NCBI GenBank assembly: GCA_965261545.1 | Contig: CBDHDF010000010.1 | Span: forward strand, 608,001-672,000 | Length of the DNA stretch: 64,000 nucleotides | Origin: Bdellovibrionales bacterium | Lineage (GTDB): Bacteria > Bdellovibrionota > Bdellovibrionia > Bdellovibrionales > UBA1609 | Direction of reading: 5' to 3' | In this document: positions 59,257-64,000 of the stretch, in pieces | Position numbering within the stretch: position 1 is the first letter of the stretch | How the letters are laid out: the number at the start of each line of letters is the position of its first letter | Program-made: the position numbers and the translations under genes | The notes under the pieces: model-generated | The model's input: only the letters and a program-made list of their open reading frames with translations | Told to the model about the DNA's origin: nothing | Databases searched by the model: none

Positions 59257-60834
59257 CTAATCCTTGTTAATAGGTCTTGGGAAGACTGTATGTTCTTTGC
59301 CATCAAATGCAAGAAGCTTCTTTTCTCCAGCCATGACAGTGGAAAGCCAAATGGGTTTTTTCCATAGAGAGTGGATCCTCTTCATGGTCTCCCTCATGGC
59401 ATCGGGCTGCATATCCACCCCCTCGTGGAGATGTTCTAATAAGATTCCTCCAGAATCACATCCTTCTCCGTCCACATAAATAATGGGTTGGCCCATATTG
59501 GTCAGTTGAAAGAGAAGCTTGGACTTAACGGCATCAAAGTCACGAGTATCAATTTCCATCCTTTGTGTCTTTGGATTCAGTTTGTATACAAACATTTTGT
59601 TTTCAACACAAAAATCTTTGGTTAAAAATTCATCAATAAATGTCACATCATTATAGTCTCTTCTCACTTGATAAATTTTTTCCATACCTTGATTTGTCTT
59701 TCTGTCCCAGCGCTTCTTTTCTTCGATATCATCACATTCATCCCAATCTAAACCAAACTGCCCTTTATCCCAACGCTCCTGAATATTTCGGAAAAGCTCA
59801 ATGCCTACCTTATAGGGGTTAAATCCATGGGGGGCCATAGACATTGCACCACTGTGACGATCGGCAAAGTCTATGATCTCACTGTCACTCAAAGCACCCT
59901 CTGTCATGATTTTAGAGTGCCAAAATGAAGCCCACCCCTCATTCATCACCTTCGTCATTCGCTGTGGAGCAAAGTAATAAGATTCCTCACGCAAAAGCGA
60001 CAAAACATCCTGTTCCCAATCTTTGAGAGGGGCATGTTCAAGAAGAAAACCCAAAATATCTCTCTGTCGATCTGAAGATTGTCGATCTGAAGATTGTCGA
60101 TCTGAAGATTGGGGTTTTTCAAGCAAAGATACTCTTTTTTCTGTAACAGCTTCACCAGAAGGTTTTTCTAAGTATTGTCGATCTGAAGATTGTCGATCTG
60201 AAAATTGTCGATCTAAGGGCTTCCGAAAAGACTCAAGATACTGACGGGGAACTTGACTGAAAGAAGAGGTCTCACTTTTGGTACCCCCCCCTTCTCTTTG
60301 TAATTTCAACTCATCCACCTTAACCTTACTATATGGGTGATAAGGATCAATAAGATTCTCAAGACTAAGGCAATTATCAATAAAAGTCTCAACAGTGTCC
60401 TGCCCATAAAGCTCTTGATACTTTCTTACCTTTGTAGCGTGATTGGCCATGGTATCTAGCATTTTAGTATCTGTTTGCCGAAACCATTGGTTATTCTTAA
60501 AAAAATCAGAATGCCCATAAACATGAGCCATCACAAGTTTTTGATCAATAAACTGATTGCCTTCCATTAAATAGGCATAACAGGGATTCGTATTAATAAC
60601 CAACTCGTATATCTTAGAAAGACCATATTCATAATTCTTTGACAGCCTCTCATACTCCATGCCCCACTTCCAATGGGGGTAGCGAACAGGAAACCCACCG
60701 CAAGCAGCAATCTCATTGAGTTGACTATGGGTTACAAGTTCAAAAATAGTTTCAAAGAAATCGAGACCTACAGACTCAGCCATTTTCTTAATTTTTTTTC
60801 TTTCACTCTCAAGCTTAGGAGTTAGTATGGCCAC
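59257..60834 (-). CDS. SpoVR/YcgB family protein
   Basis: GFPVRYPHWKWG, IYELVIN, AHVYGHSDFFKNN, TKVMNEGWAS. Confidence 0.95.
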   Translation of the reverse strand: MAILTPKLESERKKIKKMAESVGLDFFETIFELVTHSQLNEIAACGGFPVRYPHWKWGMEYERLSKNYEYGLSKIYELVINTNPCYAYLMEGNQFIDQKLVMAHVYGHSDFFKNNQWFRQTDTKMLDTMANHATKVRKYQELYGQDTVETFIDNCLSLENLIDPYHPYSKVKVDELKLQREGGGTKSETSSFSQVPRQYLESFRKPLDRQFSDRQSSDRQYLEKPSGEAVTEKRVSLLEKPQSSDRQSSDRQSSDRQRDILGFLLEHAPLKDWEQDVLSLLREESYYFAPQRMTKVMNEGWASFWHSKIMTEGALSDSEIIDFADRHSGAMSMAPHGFNPYKVGIELFRNIQERWDKGQFGLDWDECDDIEEKKRWDRKTNQGMEKIYQVRRDYNDVTFIDEFLTKDFCVENKMFVYKLNPKTQRMEIDTRDFDAVKSKLLFQLTNMGQPIIYVDGEGCDSGGILLEHLHEGVDMQPDAMRETMKRIHSLWKKPIWLSTVMAGEKKLLAFDGKEHTVFPRPINKD

Positions 60835-60840
60835 AATCTC

Positions 60841-61938
60841 CTACCTTCCCTTTCCAAAAAAATCTTTGATAGAGGACAAAATGTGGTCTTTGCTCACAAT
60901 ATGGCTCATCAAGATGCGCTCTTCATTAAGAAATTGTCTTTGTAAATCCTTTAGAAACTGCCCACTACCATACTTGCTTTCCACCTGCCCGTAACAGAAC
61001 ATATTCACTCTCGACAAAAAGAATTCTTTCAAAATTTGGATGCAAACTTTAGTGTCCTCACCACTCCAGTTGTCTCCATCGCTAAAGTGAAACGGATAGA
61101 TATTCCAGTGACTTGAAGAGTAGTCGGAGAAAATTATGTCTCGACAAAGCTTGTAAGAAGAACTAATGAGAGTTCCTCCAGATTCACTTGTAGAAAAGAA
61201 AGTCCTCTCATTCACCTCTTTTGCAACTGCATCATGTATGATAAAGCGAGTTTCAAGCCCTTTGTAGTTTCTTTTAAGCCATGTATTGATCCAAAAACTT
61301 TCCAAACGAACAATTTCTTTTTGCTCTTCCCCCATGGACCCTGATACATCCATAATATAGATGACCACGGCATTGGCCTGAAGCACTTTGGTCTCCTTAA
61401 AAGATCTATAACGAAAATCCTCTTTACGCAAAGGGATAATAAGAGGCACATCGTCTTCATAATCACCTGTAATCATAGCTCTTTTTAAAGCCTCTTTATA
61501 AGAAGATTTAAAGTGACGAAGACTGTCAGGCCCCGAAGAGGAACGACCTGTGTATTTTTTATTGTTAATTTCTATATTCTTGTCCCCACGATTTTGAATC
61601 CGAGGCAAAGAAAGTTCTTCGCCAAGAATATCAGCAAGTTCATCGAGAGAGACCTCAACCTCGATTGTATGCTCTCCTTCTTTTTGGCCAGCTTGCGGCT
61701 GATTTCCTGGGCCCTCAACACCCTCGTCGGGTGCCCCACTTCCCTGCCCCACCCCACTTTCCTGGGGAGCACCATACCTAAACCTAGGGATCTCAATAAA
61801 TGGAATGGGAATCTTCACAAATTGATCTTCCTGACGACCCATCAATTTATCATAACTAATATATTTTTTAAAATCTTGTCTAATGAGACCACGAATAATA
61901 GATTGAAAACGCTTGTGGTCTTCTTTAACAGCCATCAT
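60841..61938 (-). CDS. YeaH/YhbH (DUF444) vWA protein
   Basis: MDVSGSM, ESGGT, HFSDGDNW. Confidence 0.93.
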   Translation of the reverse strand: MMAVKEDHKRFQSIIRGLIRQDFKKYISYDKLMGRQEDQFVKIPIPFIEIPRFRYGAPQESGVGQGSGAPDEGVEGPGNQPQAGQKEGEHTIEVEVSLDELADILGEELSLPRIQNRGDKNIEINNKKYTGRSSSGPDSLRHFKSSYKEALKRAMITGDYEDDVPLIIPLRKEDFRYRSFKETKVLQANAVVIYIMDVSGSMGEEQKEIVRLESFWINTWLKRNYKGLETRFIIHDAVAKEVNERTFFSTSESGGTLISSSYKLCRDIIFSDYSSSHWNIYPFHFSDGDNWSGEDTKVCIQILKEFFLSRVNMFCYGQVESKYGSGQFLKDLQRQFLNEERILMSHIVSKDHILSSIKDFFGKGR

Positions 61939-61981
61939 ATCTCCATCAAATCTCTATTTTGCATCTTTCTATTTTGCATCT

Positions 61982-64000
61982 TCAGGATTTATCTTTATTA
62001 TCACCTTTGATATCATCTTTGACATCTCCTCTAGCAAAAATACTAGAAACATAGTGCAAAATATCTGTGGCTGATATTTCATCGTAACCAAAATTTTTAA
62101 TCAACCGACTCTTAACAACATCGATAGTACTTTGGGTATCCTTATTAGAAACAGAAGAAACTAAAGAAGTAAGATTAATACTATCTTTCTGATCTTCAAA
62201 TACCTTTTTTTCAAGTGCACTATAGAGTCTTTCATTGGTTCTATAGTCAAATTTTTTATCTTCCAAAGATAGGGCTCCAATATAGTTCATAATCTCCCTT
62301 CTAAAATCATCTTTTCTTGATTCAGGAATATCTATCTTCTCCTCAATACTTCTCATCATCCTCTCATCGGGCTCATCATCCTTGCCCGTAAACTGGTTTC
62401 TAACTTTTTCCTTCTGAGTATAAGCCTTGATATTGTCTATATAGTTAGCACAGAGGCGAGAAAGAGATTTCTCATCATTACTAATAGCCCTTTGAACCTC
62501 TCCTTTAATAATTTCTTCATACTCTTGACGAATCACGCTGAGTAACTCTCTGTATTCATTTTTTTTCTCCTCATCAGAAATAAGGGAATGATGCTTGAGT
62601 CCTGACTCTAATTCGTTGATAACCATAAAAGGATTCACAGAGCCATTATTCATCTGCTGAGATTGAACAATAGCATTGGAAATCTTATCCTGAATATATC
62701 TTGGAGAAATACCCTCAAGCCCCTCCCGATACGCCTCTTTTCTCAACTCTTTAACATTATCCTCCGTGTAATTGGGAAGCATACGACCGTCGTAGAGTTT
62801 AAGTTTTTGAAGTCTCGTAAGGTTTGCCTTCTTAGGTTTTTCCAAACGAGTGAGAATGGCCCACATCGCTGCCATCTCAATAGTGTGAGGAGCTATACTA
62901 ATACCTCTAATTTTTTGATGATTAAAGTCTTTTTTATAAATATTGACCTCTTTATGAAGTTTAGTGATATATGGAATATCTACTTTTACCGTTCTGTCTC
63001 GGAGAGCCTCCATAAATTCGTTATCTTGTAGCTTTCTATACTCAGGTTCGTTTGTATGACCAATAATGACTTCATCAATATATGTTTGGGCAAACTTCTT
63101 AGGCTTAACACGATGCTCTTGAGAAGCTCCCAAAAGATCGTATAAAAAAGCGACATCAAGCTTGAGAACTTCAATAAATTCAATCATACCCCGATTGGCA
63201 ACATTAAATTCACCATCAAAATTAAAAGCTCTTGGATCTGAATCAGTTCCATATTCTGCAATTTTTCTATAATTCAAGTCTCCTGTTAACTCTGTACTAT
63301 CTTGATTTTTCTCATCTTTAGGCTGAAAAGTTCCAATCCCAATACGATCTGCTTCACTGAGAACGATACGCTTCACTTTCACGTGATTTAAGACTTTAGA
63401 AACATCACCGCAATATCTCTCAAAAAGAGATTGAAATATAAAACGACTGGGGGGACAAAGCTCACCAACAATTTTAATCTTAAAAGAGTTATGAGAAGAA
63501 CCACGATTTAATTCTGCACACATGTTGTCTCTCATCTCACTGGGTACAAGTAGCAGTGGCTCTTCATTCATGGGACTTGGAAAGATTCTTACATTTTTCC
63601 CAAAAATATCTTCATGATTTCCCTCCTCATCGATCCAATCAAATGTATAAAGGGACCCTTCATCTTTCCTAGAGTACTTCTCTAAACCCTTCTTTAGGAG
63701 CCTACAAATGGTAGACTTAGCACTTCCCACGGGACCATGAAACAAAATAACTCTCTTCTCTGTTCCATATCCCATGGCTGCAGACCTCAGTATATTCATA
63801 AATCGCATGAGTGATATGTCCAAACCAAAAACAGCATCTACTCCATTGTTTTCTTCGTCATCAAAAAAATTGTAATGGGTCATCGTTTTTTTCATATCCA
63901 CATACTCTTGCGCTCCCCTTTCCATCACCATATCAAACATTCTTTGAAAAGCATTTCTCGTAATTTGAGGTTTCTTATGTGCCAGATTAAGATAATCATT
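61982..64000 (-). CDS. prkA: PrkA/YeaG serine kinase-AAA protein (5' end lies beyond the window)
   Basis: [30 protein letters not shown]; frame open to the window edge. Confidence 0.93.
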   Translation of the reverse strand, partial: NDYLNLAHKKPQITRNAFQRMFDMVMERGAQEYVDMKKTMTHYNFFDDEENNGVDAVFGLDISLMRFMNILRSAAMGYGTEKRVILFHGPVGSAKSTICRLLKKGLEKYSRKDEGSLYTFDWIDEEGNHEDIFGKNVRIFPSPMNEEPLLLVPSEMRDNMCAELNRGSSHNSFKIKIVGELCPPSRFIFQSLFERYCGDVSKVLNHVKVKRIVLSEADRIGIGTFQPKDEKNQDSTELTGDLNYRKIAEYGTDSDPRAFNFDGEFNVANRGMIEFIEVLKLDVAFLYDLLGASQEHRVKPKKFAQTYIDEVIIGHTNEPEYRKLQDNEFMEALRDRTVKVDIPYITKLHKEVNIYKKDFNHQKIRGISIAPHTIEMAAMWAILTRLEKPKKANLTRLQKLKLYDGRMLPNYTEDNVKELRKEAYREGLEGISPRYIQDKISNAIVQSQQMNNGSVNPFMVINELESGLKHHSLISDEEKKNEYRELLSVIRQEYEEIIKGEVQRAISNDEKSLSRLCANYIDNIKAYTQKEKVRNQFTGKDDEPDERMMRSIEEKIDIPESRKDDFRREIMNYIGALSLEDKKFDYRTNERLYSALEKKVFEDQKDSINLTSLVSSVSNKDTQSTIDVVKSRLIKNFGYDEISATDILHYVSSIFARGDVKDDIKGDNKDKS

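Overview
A chromosomal window of roughly 40-45% GC (estimated by eye). Its gene content (prkA-yeaH-spoVR, a one-Cys DksA, a TPR/wHTH regulator, a pilin-like protein) suggests a Bdellovibrionota-like bacterium; this is inference only. Most of the window is housekeeping: uvrA, PBP1A, tsaD, slt, radA, purM/purB/purT, tRNA-Val, polA, tolQRA-like genes, rmuC, ETF-QO, prfC and a serA-like gene. There are two accessory zones. (i) 15.4-25.2 kb holds an IS1634 element with a ~190-bp target duplication, into which an IS256 and an IS4 element have jumped; the IS256 carries a ~520-bp tail with two repeated hairpin units. Group II intron and IS debris follow, then an unannotated mirror-image four-gene module (A<- B-> <-B' A'->) built on two HTH-like paralogues that share long identical DNA blocks. 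(ii) 51.2-54.0 kb holds an Rpn nuclease gene flanked by a collapsed three-piece copy of prfC, followed by a frameshifted pilin-like gene. Across the window there are many short tandem micro-duplications, in frame inside genes, and several +1 frameshifts. A candidate ~140-nt structured RNA lies directly upstream of tRNA-Val. No CRISPR array or rRNA was seen.
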